Positions 1-12,232 of a stretch of 64,000 nt of DNA are shown piece after piece. A model generated the notes under the pieces. It had not been told where the DNA came from and searched no databases. It saw only the letters and a list, made by a program, of their open reading frames with translations. This DNA comes from Hemiscyllium ocellatum. Taxonomy: Eukaryota. A program made the position numbers and the translations under genes. How positions within the stretch are numbered: the first letter of the stretch is position 1; every line of letters starts with the position of its first letter. The stretch is taken from positions 37,261,731-37,325,730 of the forward strand of contig NC_083404.1 in NCBI RefSeq assembly GCF_020745735.1. Reading direction: 5' to 3'.

Positions 1-138
1 CCGCCTCAAATACACATCCGCCGACACACACCTAGCCTTGTATTAAATTTCCTTTTATGATGTGTCGACGTTAGTGGCGCTTTATAAATGTAAGTTGTTA
101 TTTTTATGCTAGCTGCGTGAGGAGCGAGCTGAGAGACG

Positions 139-177
139 CGTTTTTGTCAAGCATTTCTGTCTCTGTTGAACACTGTG
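139..177 (-). other. 23-RSS of TRGV-A1
   Basis: Minus strand: heptamer CACAGTG (177-171), 23-nt spacer (170-148), nonamer ACAAAAACG (147-139), directly after the YYCAYWDS codons. Confidence 0.97.
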
Positions 178-583
178 CTATCCCAATAGGCGCAGTAATA
201 AGTGGCAGCATCTTCCTTCACGATATCATTGATTATCAAAGTGCACACAGTGTTCTGCTTATCCGCTTTAAACCTGCTGCCGAATCCCCCATCCGGATTG
301 ACCTTGCCGTCATAATAAAATATTCTGGAGGGCGCCTGACCCTCTCGGTGCTGGTACCAATGGACTACAGTGCTCCCGCTGTCTAGGGTACACTTAAATC
401 TGACACTTCTACCGAGCTTGCTCACATATGACATCGGTGTCTGTGAGAAACATTCACCCAAACGCCCATCTGAAAAAAAAGAACAAAATTCGATTGAAAA
501 CGATGATGAATAGTGGACTAACAAAACGCCTAAATAAATATGTGCGTACAAGATAAAACTAGCGCCACAATCACCCGGAACAT
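178..583 (-). CDS. TRGV: TCR gamma V segment, family A copy 1 (intact)
   Basis: Leader exon 583-550 (MFRVIVALVLS, phase-1 donor GTACGC), 80-nt intron, V exon 469-178. Spliced product MFRVIVALVLSYGRLGECFSQTPMS...FKC...HWYQHREGQAP...EDAATYYCAYWDS has Cys23, Trp41, Cys104 and the TRGV-type YYCAxW end. No stops. Confidence 0.93.
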
Positions 584-683
584 CGTGCAATGACTGGCTC
601 GCTCACTCGATACGAGGTTAATGTTGTTCAAGGTTATGTCTATAAAGGAGGCGAGGTGTCTTCCGCCTCTTTCCCCCAAAGGC

Positions 684-693
684 GGGAATTTCC
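684..693. promoter_or_regulatory. kappaB-like motif GGGAATTTCC about 100 bp upstream of the V-A1 ATG
   Basis: Exact match to GGGRNNYYCC; conserved at 42040-42049 and 60280-60289 although neighbouring sequence has diverged. Function is inferred. Confidence 0.45.
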
Positions 694-740
694 TTTCTCT
701 GCATAAATTGAACCCGCCCACTTTAAAGAAAACTGCTGAA

Positions 741-978
741 GATTAGATTACTTCGGCCCAACACCGACCCGCAACCCCCCCCCCCCATTTACCTTTTCAC
801 TTAACACTACGGGCAATTTAGCGTGGCCAATTCACCCACATCTTTAGACTGTGGGAGAAAACCGGAACAAGCCCACGCAGACACGGGGAGAACGTGTCAG
901 TCGCCTGAGGTGGGAATTGAACCCGGATCTCTGGCGCGAAAAGGCAGCAGTGCGAACCACTGTGCACCGTGCCGCCCC
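741..978 (-). mobile_element. tRNA-derived shark SINE (HE1-like)
   Basis: Minus strand begins GGGGCGGCACGGTGCACAGTGG, has a B-box-like GGTTCAATTCC and ends in a TAATCTAATC tail; same family as 18728-19026. Confidence 0.85.
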
Positions 979-1009
979 CAACGGAACTCAACGGCTCAGG
1001 CGGCAACCA

Positions 1010-1150
1010 TTGTGAGAAAGCAAGCAAACGCTTCAAGTCGAGAAGACTCTTCATCAGAGCGGTCACTTCATGTTAACTTGCTTCCCCTCCATGGACGCTG
1101 TGATCTCCAACATTTCTTAGTTTCAGTACAGATTCCAGCATCTGCCGTAC
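1010..1150 (-). mobile_element. Penelope-like remnant with decayed hammerhead motif
   Basis: Minus strand CTGATGA-AGAGTC..GACTT-GAAGCG at about 1027-1058, next to a GCAGATGCTGGAATC segment typical of these repeats. Confidence 0.5.
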
Positions 1151-1840
1151 ATTGCTCCTTGCCGAGTTTAATGCCTCTTTATAAAATGTGAGAACACTTA
1201 CTCTCTGTCTTTAATTGTTCCTTGTTTACTTCTTTTGGTATCACAGACCACGGAAAGTGTTAATTCAAAATTCCGTTTAGGATTGTAACTTTTAAACAAG
1301 CTGTTCCGAATTCATCTGCTCGCTCAGTCCAGTCCAGCCTGGGAGATGTGTACAGTTAGACTGGGGACAGTAGTGAGTGGAGTGGTGAGGGTGAGGAGTG
1401 AAGCAGACACAACTGTGGCAATAGGATTAGCAAATTCGCTGCACTTGCTCGATGGTTAGATTCCCGAAATATCGGCAAAATAGGTGCTCTGAACGAATTA
1501 CTTTAGTTATTGTTTACTATCCTGCTTATTCCAGTGGGAAATCCACGGCAAGCATTGCAAAGATCTACATTCGGGGTACAGGTTGTCATTCACTAATGGG
1601 CGAAGTTTATCGGCCACCAGTAATAACATCACGGCGGGGTGAGCAAAAAAACACAAAGAAATAATTGATGCATGTAAAAGTAGTACGGCGATTATCATGG
1701 GAGGATTTTAATCTGGATATTCATCAGTCAAACCAAGTCGGTCAAGGCAGTCTTGAGGAGGCGTTCATGGTATGTATCCACGGTAATTTCCTGAACAGTA
1801 CCTAACGGAACTTACGAGGGAGAAAGCTTCTAGATTGGGT

Positions 1841-3058
1841 CATAGAGCCGTAGACATGTACATCATGGAAACAGACCCTTCGGTCCAACCCGTCCATGCT
1901 GACCAAATATCCCAACCCAATCTAGTCCCACCTGCCAGCACCTGGCCCATATCCCTCCAAACCCTTCCTATTCATATACCCATCAAAATGACTTTTACAT
2001 ATTCTACTAGCCTCCACCACTTAGTCTGGCAGCTCATTCCATATATGTACCACCCTCGGCTTGAAAAAGTTGCCTCTTAGGTCTGTTTTATACATTCCCC
2101 CTCTCACCCTAAACCTATGCCCTCTAGTTGTGGACTCCCCCACCCCAGAGAAAAGACTTTGTCTATTTACCCTATCCATGCCCCTCATGATTTTATAAAC
2201 TTCTGTAAGTTCACCCCTCAGCCTCTGACACTCCAGGGAAAACAGCCCGAGCCTATTCAGCCTCTCCCTGTAGCTCAAACCCTTCAACCCTGGCAACATC
2301 CTTGTAAATATTTTCTGAACCCTTTCAAGTTTCACAACATCTTTCCGATAAGAAGGAGACCAGAATTGCATGCCTAACCAATGTCCTGTATAGCCGCAAC
2401 ATGACCTCCCAACTCCTATATTCTGACCAATAAAGGAAAGCATACCAAATGCCTTCTTCACTATGCTATCTACCTGCGACTCCATTTTCAAGGAGCTATG
2501 AACCTGCACTCTTTGTTCAGTAACACTCCCTGGGACCTTACCATTAAGTGTATGAGTCCTGCTAAGATTTGCTTTCCCAAAATGCAGCACCTCATTTATC
2601 TAAATTAAACTCCATCTGCCACTTCTCAGCCCATTGGTCCATGTGATCCAGATCCTGTTGTAATCTGAGGTAACCTTCTTCACTGTCCACTGCGCCTCCA
2701 ATTTTGGTGTCATCTGCAAAGTTACTAACTGTACCTCTTATGCTCGCATCCAAATCATTTATGTAAATGACAAAAAGTAGAGAACTCAGCACCGATCCTT
2801 GTGGCACTCCACTGGTCACAGGTCTCCAGTCTGAAAAAACAGCCCTCCACCACCCTCTGTCTTCTACCATTGTGCCATTGTGCATCCAAATGGTGAGTTC
2901 TCCCTGTATTCCATGAGATCTAACCTTGCTCACCAGTCTCCCATGGGGAACCTAGTCAAACGCCTTACTGGTCCATACACACACATCTACTGTTCTGCCC
3001 TCATCAATCCTCTTTGTTACTTTTTCAAAAAAAAACTCAATCAAGTTTGTGAGACATG
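1841..3058 (-). mobile_element. CR1 LINE 3' fragment (left part, interrupted by L1)
   Basis: Minus ORFs 2021-2590 and 2592-2933 encode the CR1 RT and C-terminus (SGVPQGSVL, FADDTKIGG, YSLECQRLRG); continues at 8883. Confidence 0.92.
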
Positions 3059-3231
3059 GGGGGAATCCAAGATGGCGGCGACCCAGCAAGACTGAGTCCA
3101 CAGTGCTCTACCCAAAACTTGGGAAAAGTGGGCTATCCACCCCCACCACACTCACTAAACCATTTATAATAGTTGTTAACCTTAAATAGTTACCTATTAG
3201 TACATTTAAATAGTCTAATACTAGCTGGAAA

Positions 3232-4095
3232 ATGAGTAAAGGGAAGGGAACAGGCGGCTCTAAGAAAGCAGGGACCCCTCCCCCACCCTCTCCCTCTTCA
3301 TCTGCAACAAAGGTGTCTTCAGCTACTTCAGGAGATTTACCAGTGAAGATGAGCTTTGAGGAGATGTTTGCCAGGTGGGAGGCGAAGATTGATGCTTTTA
3401 TCGATGAGTCTCGGCAGAGCAGAGAAGCACTATCAGCCGAGCTGCAGAAGCAGGGCAGAGACATTCAGGAATTGGGGTGCCGAGTCAGAGAGGTGGAGTC
3501 GAAGGCCGCAGCCTCAGAGACTGGGATAAAATCAACAGCTGACCACATCCGTTTTCTCGAGAATCGAGTCCAGAACCTAGAAAACCACATTGATGACCTC
3601 GAAAATCGATGTCTGTAGAAAAAATATTCGGTTGTTGGGCCTGCCCGAGCAGGAAGAGGGAGATCAGCTGACAGCATTCTTAGAGCATTGGCTGCCACAA
3701 CTTTTAAATCTGCATAATGGATCAGGCCAGGTAAGGGTAGAATGGGCCTACCGGGTCACAGTACGTGGGCCCGGCTCAACCCAGCGCCCACGCCCGGTCC
3801 TGTTCCAGCTGCAGAGCTATAGGGAGAGGCAGATGCTCCTGGAAGCCTCAAGAAATCTGGGAAAAATCCCCAAGCTATGACCCACAAAGGATCCAGGATC
3901 ATGCTGTTCCAGGACTTCTCCCCAGCTTTGGTCCGAAAGAGGAAGGCATTCAATGAGGCGAAGAAGTGTTTAAGGGACTTAAATATCCAGTACTCCTTAC
4001 GATATCCAGCGACGCTACGCCTTAGCCACGAAGGATCCATATATAACTTCGGATCACCGGAGAAGGCTAAGGAATTCTTGGACTCTCTTAAATAA
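3232..4095 (+). pseudogene. L1 ORF1 (coiled coil + RRM/CTD), two compensating frameshifts
   Basis: DDLENR / KNIRLLGLPE / RPRPVL / IMLFQDFS / YPATLRL motifs spread over ORF-track pieces 3232-3618, 3590-3880 and 3877-4095; +1 shift near 3612 and -1 shift near 3865. Confidence 0.88.
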
Positions 4096-4187
4096 ACTGT
4101 AAGAGATTGTGGACGCTGGTCTGCCTTTCCCATTATTTTGGTTTACATCCCTTCATCTTTTCTTATCTTTCCCCCTATGTGTGTATG

Positions 4188-4210
4188 TATATATATATAT
4201 ATATATATAT
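4188..4210. repeat. (TA)n microsatellite in the L1 inter-ORF spacer
   Basis: Run of TA dinucleotides read directly. Confidence 0.9.
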
Positions 4211-4733
4211 GTTGGGGCGTTTGGTTAATGTTGATGGGGAAAGGTGGTTACCATATTCTATTTTACTTCTGTTTTTAGGAGCGGGGTTGTTTTTCTTTCC
4301 CCTGTTATTTTGTGGTATTATATTTAAGTATTACATGTTGAGATTGTAATCTTATAGTTATATATGGTATTAATATTCCCAAATATATTTAGATGTGGGT
4401 GTGGGTGGGGGTGGGGTGTTCACTGTTAACTCTAGCTTTATATTATATTTGAATTCTCCTCATTGTATTGAGGAACACCTGGGTCAAGGGTGGGGCACTG
4501 GTTGGAAGAGGGTAAGATGGACTGTGGGAGAGGAAGTGACGCTCCCTGGGAACAAGGGAGAAAATCTCCAATTCGGAATGTTTTATATTTTTTATACTTA
4601 GAAAGAGGTTTTTGTTATATTGTTTTGAGTGTATCAGAGAGTCTTTACTTTTGTAAATCTTGTATGCTCCATGCTTGGGATGTTCTAGATAGGGTTTCCC
4701 CTCCCGAGAGGTCTCGGATCTGTCCAGATGATT

Positions 4734-7700
4734 ATGGCTGAACAGTCGGTTAAGTGGTGCACCTGGAATGTCAGGGGGAGTAATTCGCCAGTTAAAAGGA
4801 AGAAAATATTATCAAATCTTAAGAAGGAGAGAGTTGATATAGCTCTCCTACAGGAGACACACCTGTCGGATAAAGAACAGTTAAAATTATGACAGTGCGG
4901 ATTTGATCAGGCCTTTTTTTCCTCTTTTAATTCAAAAAGCAGGGTAGTCGTTATCCTTGTCCGGAAGAACTTCCCTTTGAAAATTCTAAATCAGATAAAA
5001 GACGAATCTGGACGATATATTTTGATTAAAGCCCTCATAAATGGAGAGGAATATGGGATCTTAAATGTATACTGCCCCCCGGCACACCCCTTTAAGTTCA
5101 TAACGGAAGCTTTTTCAAAACTGATGGCCTTTGGTGCCCGTCATACAATTATAGGGGGAGACTTTAATTGTATTATGGATCCGGAAATAGACAGGATTCC
5201 CAAGAGTGCCGTTGGAGTATCTCCCAGATCTAGACAACTGGCGGACCTGAATAAAGAATTAGGATTGGTAGATGTATGGAGATGTCTCCATCCACAGGGT
5301 AGAGATTTTTCTTTCTACTCTAATCCACATAAATGTCACACAAGAATTGATATGTTTTTTGCCCCATCGATTTTTCTAAACTCTATAGCAACCTGTAAAA
5401 TAGGTACTATAGCAATCTCTGACCATGCCGCTGTATACATGGAAACTAAGGTAAAGAACAATGGGACATCTGCTCGGCATTGGCGTATGGACCCCTTCCT
5501 GATAAAAGATAGCAAATTTTTAAAGTACTTCTCCCAAGAACTTAAAACTTTTTTAGAAATTAATACTGGTACGGCTAGCAATCCGTCAATGATGTGGGAG
5601 ACCATCAAAGCTTGTGCACGAGGTTTGATCATCTCCTATTCAGCGACCCAGAGGAAAATGAAGGGAGAGCAACAGCGTCTGCTCGAAGCTCGCCTAAAAG
5701 CAGCTGAAACAGCATACGCTGATAGACCTTCTATCACAAAATTGCAGAGGATTACAGCTCTTAGGACAGCTTTAAACACCGCGCTTACTCAAACGGCTAA
5801 AAGGGAAATATTATTTGCGAAACAAAGATTATATGAATATGGCGACAAACCGGGTAGATACTTAGCATTTCTTGCAAAGAAAAAGAAAGCCCCTCAAACT
5901 ATTCCGACCATCAAGGAAAGTACAGGTACCCTGACTCATGATCATAAAAAGATCAATGCGACCTTTAAAGAATTTTATTCTGAACTATATAGATCGCAGG
6001 ATTGTGAAGATAGGATTAGGAGGATGCAGTCATTTTTAAAAAATTTGACCTTCCCGGGCCTGACTCCGGAACAGGTGTCGGCCCTAAATACCCCTTTAAC
6101 AGTCCAAGAAATACTTGAGGCAATTAGGCAACTTCAGAGCGGAAAAGCACCGGGCCCGGATGGTTTTCAAGCTGAATTCTGTAAAGAATTTACAGGAATA
6201 TTGGTTGACCCACTTATGGATATGTATAATTTTGCGCATAGTCAGGTCTGTCTCCCGCCCACGCTGAAAGAAGCAAATATTTCTCTTATCCTCCAAAAAG
6301 GAAAAGACCCAGAAGATTGTGCATCTTACAGACCAATATCCTTACTAAATGTAGACTTTAAAATTCTCTCAAAAATGTTAGCACTAAGACTAGAAAGGGT
6401 ACTGCCATATATTATAAAGGAGGACCAGACGGGATTTATTAAGGGCCGCAGATCATCCAATAATATCAGAAGGGTCTTGAATATGATCCAAGCCTGTCAT
6501 CAGGGAAAGATACCAGGAGTAGTAATTTCATTGGATGCGGAAAAGGCATTTGATAGGGTTGAATGGTCATATTTATTTTACACATTGGAAAGGTTTGGCG
6601 TTGGACAGGTGTTTACCAAATGGGTTTCAACATTGTATAATGACCCCAAAGCAGCTGTTATTACTAATGGGTTAAGATCGGATGGCTTCAGTGTGGGTAG
6701 GGGCTGCCGTCAAGGATGTCCTCTCTCACCATTGTTGTTTACACTGATAATCGAACCATTAGCAGAAGCCATCCGGACTGATCCTAATATAACGGCCCCG
6801 AGGATTGGTACAGGTAAACACAAAATTACCCTCTATGCAGATGACGTTCTCTTATTCCTCAGTAATCCTTTAATGTCAGTGCCTCATCTAATTCAAGTTA
6901 TTAATACATTTAGTGCATTCTCAGGCTATAAAATTAATTTTTCAAAATCGGAAGCCATGCCAATGGGTGGTCTGGCTATGATACCCCACTTAATGGACGG
7001 ATCCCCTTTTCCCTTCCGTTGGTCCCTGGAGGGCTTCTTATATTTAGGTATTTTTATCACGCCAGTATTTGATCAGCTGTATAGGGCTAATTTTGTACAA
7101 TTAATGGAAAGGATAAGGCAGGACCTCCAGCGATGGATAGACCTTCCGATTTCCTGGCTAGGGAGAATAGCATTAATTAAAATGAATGTTCTGCCCCGTC
7201 TCTTATATCCTATGAGAATGCTCCCGCTGATGCTGCCAAGGCTAGCCCTACGTAAATTATATGGCTGGTTGGGCTCCTTTATTTGGAACCATAGACGGCC
7301 CCTTATTAAGCTGAAGAAGCTACAGCTTCCACAGGCAAGGGGAGGACTGGACTTCCCAGACTTTAGGAAATATCAGTTAAGCTCCCTACTAAGTTACATA
7401 GCTGATTGGGTTTCATTTGATCCACAATCAATTTGGCTGGATATCGAAGCCTCCCAAGTAAAATACCCACTTATTAACCTTTTATTTTCAGATAAGAGGA
7501 AAATCATTACAGACCACTGTAAAAATCCCATAATATTAAACACAATTAAGGCCTGGAATATAATGCGGCAAAATGAGGGTAACTCACATAAAACATCCCC
7601 CCATGCTCCAATAGTAGGCGCATGGGGATTCCAACCGGGGATTACAGATGCCACCTTTAAACTCTGGAGATCCAGGGGCATCTCATGCTTAGGGGACCTA

Positions 7701-8539
7701 TTTAAAGATGGGATCCTGATGTCCTTTGAGCAGCTGCGTCTGAAATTCGGAATACCTAATGGGGATCTCTTTCGATACTTCCAAGTTCGAGATTATATAC
7801 AGAGGAAGACTACATTAATAGATAGTCTTTATAAATCAGACAGAGAACGTAATGTCTTACGACCAGCGGGGGCATCCTCCGTTAGTACTATATACCATTT
7901 GCTACATGATGGAGTCTCAGGAGTCATGGATGACCTGCTTAAAACATGGGAGCAGGACTTGGGGCTAGAAATCTCTGAGGATATGTGGAATGACATTTGG
8001 GAAAATGCTAGAAGAATTGCTATCTGTAACAGAACTCAGGCTATCCAACTAAAGATACTTCATAGGGCCCATATAGCTCCGGCTCGACTGGCAAAATTTA
8101 AGGCAGGAGCATCTCCAATGTGTCCTAAATGCAAAATAGAGGTGGGTACTCTTGTACATTGTCTGTGGACTTGTCAGAAAATCCGCAGATACTGGACTAA
8201 AGTGGCAAATACCCTGACAGAAATTTTAGGAACGGAAATTAGGGTGGACCCTGTATCTCTCCTTTTGGGCTTTTCGAACCTCTCATCTCTGGATATGCAT
8301 GGGAAGAGACTATTTTCTATTCTCTCTTTCTGTGCAAGGAAAAATATTTTGGTGAACTGGGTGGCTGAGGGCCCCCTGGACTTTCAAATTGGCACAGATT
8401 AATTATGGAATATATCCCCCTTGACTTCCTCACAAATATGGTGCACCGAAAGACTGAATTATTTTATAAAATATGGCAGCCCTTTTTGAATTATATAAAT
8501 GCAGATATTTCGGCTATCCTAACAAGGGCTTTTATTTAG
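4734..8539 (+). pseudogene. L1 ORF2 (APE endonuclease, RT, C-terminal Cys/His domain)
   Basis: ATG at 4734 is in frame with the 4977-8402 ORF. Motifs WNVRG, LQETH, GDFN, SDH, PGPDG, QGCPLSP, YADD, CPKC..HCLWTC. Premature TGA at 4890-4892; a frameshift near 8375 hides the native end (..KIWQPFLNY..RAFI, TAG 8537-8539). Confidence 0.93.
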
Positions 8540-8882
8540 TGAAGATTTCAGACCGGGCTGCTCCGGGGCCCCTTGGGAGAGGAATCCTGCGCGAATACGG
8601 GTTTTATTATATTTGATGTTTATACATTCCGAGCATGTAAGAGACTTAGGTATACACTCTGGTTAGTTATAGGTTAGATTAGTAGAAAGTTGAGTTTTTT
8701 TTTCTTTCTTTTTTCGTTTCTTTTTTTTTCTTTTTTTGTTTTCTTTCTTTCTCTTTTCTTTGTTAAATTATGACTATTGTATATATGATTTAATTGTACA
8801 TCAATGTTTGTATTTGAGAGTTTTGTTTATTTTTGTAAATTTGCAAAAATGTTAAATTTCAATAAAAATATCTACAAAAAAA

Positions 8883-9030
8883 AAGTTTGTGAGACATGAT
8901 TTCCCACACATAAAGCCATGTTGACTATCCCTAATCAGTCTCATCTTTCCAAATATATGTACATCCTGTCCCTCAGGATTCACTGCAACAACTTGTCCAC
9001 CACTGACGTCAGGCTCACTGGTTTATAGTT
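8883..9030 (-). mobile_element. CR1 continuation right of the L1 insertion
   Basis: Minus strand reads the QHGFMCGKSCLTN region, contiguous with 3058 across the TSD. Confidence 0.85.
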
Positions 9031-9659
9031 CCATTTTGATCCATAAAACCATGTCATACATATTCCTGGAATTAATCCTTTATAGCATAATTACTGATTT
9101 GATTTGCTCAACCTATATGCAAATTAAAGTTGCCTGTAATTACAGCTGTACCTTTATGGCTTGTATCTTTAAATTTCTTGATAAAGTCTTTCCCACCATT
9201 AACACTGCAGTTTGGGAGCCCATATCCTTCCTCGCTATTGTGTTAATGTCCTCTTTAAATCAACAATGCCATCCTGAGCCCCCCCCCCCCGCCTTTTTCT
9301 TTTTACCTGCCCTTTCTAAAAACTGAATGCCACTAACTATTCAGGTCCCATCCCCGCAGCCAAGTCTCTGTAAACCCAACAACCTGTCACCCGCTTACAC
9401 GTATTTGCATGACTAATTCATCCACTTATTGCAAATGCTCTGCAAACTAAGATTTATTTTAGTAATGTTCTTAGTCCCGCTCACATTATTTTACACTGGC
9501 TCTATTTGAAGCTCCCATAATGCATTAAGTTTTTCAGTTCAACTATAGTATAACATTGATGCTGGATATTTCAGAAAGGAAAACCAAATCATCCAGTGTA
9601 ACTTTCCTGTCACCTTGGAGATAGTGAGGACTGCACATGCTGGAGATCAGAGTCAAAAA

Positions 9660-11900
9660 GCCTGGATAATGAGACAAATAATTAAAGAACTCAGTTTGGG
9701 ATCAACTCGGAAGGAGCGATCACAGTCTGATTGAATTTTAAAAATGGATGGAGGGTGAGAGGGTAAAATCCAAGACCAGTGTCTCATGTGTGAGCAAAGG
9801 AGACTCCAATTGTATCAGGGAGGAGTTGGTCAAGGTAGGTTGCAGCAAAGACTATATGGTGGGACAATTGAGGAACAGTCGAGGACTTTCAAAGCCATTT
9901 TTCACAGTGCTCAGCAAAAGTATATACAAGTGAAAAGGAAGGTCTGTAAGAAAGGGATAATCATCCACGGATAACTAAAGAAAAAAAACAAGGTATCAAA
10001 TTGAAATGTAATACATAAAAAGTGGCAAAGAATAGTGGAAACTAAAGGATTGGGAAATATTTAAAAGTCAACTGAAAGCCATGAAAAAAAAGAACTAAAA
10101 ATCAAGGTAAGATAGATTATGAGAATAAACCAGCTCAGATAATAAAAATGGGTAGCAAATATATAACATGAAAAAGAGTGGCTAAGATAAGCATTGGACC
10201 TTTAGAGGATGAGAAGGGGGATTTAATAATGGGAAATGATGAAATGGCCAAGGCGTTGAACAGGTATTTTGTGTCGGTCTTCACAGTAGAGGAAACGAAA
10301 AACATGCTAATACTTGTTGACAAGGAGGCTATGAACCATGAGGACCTAGAAATGATCATTATCGCTAAAGAGCTAGTGTTAGGCAAGCTAACGGGGCTAA
10401 AAGTAGACAGGTTTCCTGGCCAATGGCTCGTGGAAATTTATGAAACTTTGCTGGTCTCTGAGGTGATTCCAGCAGATTGGGACACAGCAAACATAATGCC
10501 ACTGTTTTAGAAGGGAGGTAAACAAAAGGCAAGTAACTATCGGCCTGTCACCTCAATTTCTGTAGTGGGAACATACCTTGAATGTATAATCAAAGAAGAA
10601 ATAGCATGACATCTGGATAGAAATTGTCTCATAGGACTGAAACAGCATGGATTTATGTAAAGCAGGTCATTTTCACTAAAATTGTGAAATTCTATGGGGA
10701 CATTATGACTGCGGTGGGCCACTAGGAGCCAGTGGATATGATGTATCTGGATTTGCAGAAGGCATTCAACAAGGTGCCTTACAAAATAAAGGTGTACAGC
10801 ATTGCAGGTAATGTTTTAGCATTGATAGAAGACTGGATAACTAACAGAAAGGAAATAGTGGGATAAATAGGTGTTTTTCTGGTTGGCTAATGGTATGCCT
10901 CAGGGATCAGTGTTGAGACTGTACTTGTTCACAATTTATATACATAATTTAGAGTTGAGGACTGGGTGTAGTGTGTCATAATTCGCAGATGACACTAACA
11001 GCAAAGTGTGCAGAGGACACTGAAAGTTTGCAGAGGAAAAAAGATATGTTAAGTGAGTGGGCAAGGGTCTGATAGTTGGAGTACAATGTTGGTGAATGTG
11101 ATATTATCCATTTTGGTAGGAATAACAGGAAAATAAACTATTATTTAAATAGTGAAAAGTTGTGCTATGCTGCTATGCAGAGGGTCCTTGTGTATGAATC
11201 GCAAAAAGCTGGTTTTCAGGTGCAATAGGCAATTAAGAAGGCAAATGGAATATTGTTCCTCATTGCTAGAGGGGTGGAGTTTAAAAATCGGGAGGTTGTG
11301 GTGCAGCTGTATAGGGTTCTGCTGAGGCCACACCTGGAGTACTGTGTACAGTTTCGGTATCTTATTTGAGAAAGGATGTACTGGCACTGGAGGGGGTGCA
11401 CAGGAGGTTCAATCGATTGATTCTGGAGTTGAGAGAGTTGGCTTATGATGTGAGATTGAGCAAACCAGGACTATACTCATTGGAACTTAGATCAATGAGA
11501 GCAGATGTTACAAAAACATATAAAATTATGGAGAGAATAGATAAGATAGAAGCAGGGAGGTTGTTTCCATTGGCAGGTGATACAAGAATCGGGGGCATGT
11601 CTTCAACATAAGGCTAAGAAGATTTAGGACTGAGTTGTGGAGGAACTTCTTCACCCAAAGGGTTGTGAATCTGTTGAACTCCCTACCAAGAGAAGCAAGT
11701 GAGGCGACCTCCTTAAGTGGCTTTATAGCAATGTTAGGTATATTTTCAAACATGAAAGAAATTAAGTGTTATGGTGAGCGAGCAGGTAAATGGAGCTGAG
11801 TCCACGAAAAGATCAGTCATGATCTTATTGAGTGGGGGAACAGGCTCAGTGGGCCAGTTGACTTACTACTGCTCCAATTTCTTATGTTTGTATGTTATGT
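9660..11900 (+). mobile_element. Degenerate CR1 LINE
   Basis: ORF fragments with IGPLEDEKG, VSVFTVEE, WDTANIMPLF, DVLALEGVHRRF; CR1-type 3' end near 11880. Confidence 0.88.
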
Positions 11901-12129
11901 TGCTGGACTTACTGAACTCATGATATAATGGATCAATTATCTGGAGGTACGTTTGAAATTCCAACACCTTATCTGGAATTTTAAATTTAGACAATTAAAT
12001 CATTTTCTTTTAAAAAGGTGTCGGCAACACTGTCCAATAAATGACAACATTGTTAAAACAAATGAGGAAATCTGCTGTCACTACTGAGTCTGCACTATGT
12101 GTGATTTTGGATCCACAGCAAAGACTGGG

Positions 12130-12232
12130 AGAAAGTGAGGTATTCCTGATGATGGGCCTATGCCTGAAACGTTGATTCTCCTGTTCCTCAGATGCTGCCT
12201 GACCTTCTGTGCTTTTCCAGCACCACAGCAAA
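12130..12232 (+). mobile_element. Penelope-like remnant with decayed hammerhead motif
   Basis: TTCCTGATGATGGGCCTATGCCTGAAACGTTGATTCTCC. Confidence 0.6.

Larger units (their letters stand above)
3059..8882 (+). mobile_element. Full-length L1-clade LINE with 16-bp target-site duplication
   Basis: 5' GGGGGAATCCAAGATGGCGGCG, ORF1, ORF2, T-rich 3' UTR, AATAAA and poly(A). TSD AAGTTTGTGAGACATG at 3043-3058 and 8883-8898. Confidence 0.96.

Noticed and set aside
117-386. Plus-strand ORFs over the V exons (also 41497-41790, 59737-60030) and alternative minus ORFs 39391-39696 and 57626-57931
   Set aside because: They are antisense or off-frame shadows of the V exons, with no recognisable domain.
147-590. 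ORF-track V proteins taken as single-exon genes (also 39386-39883 and similar)
   Set aside because: They read through the leader intron and the RSS; the real structure is leader exon + intron + V exon ending at the heptamer.
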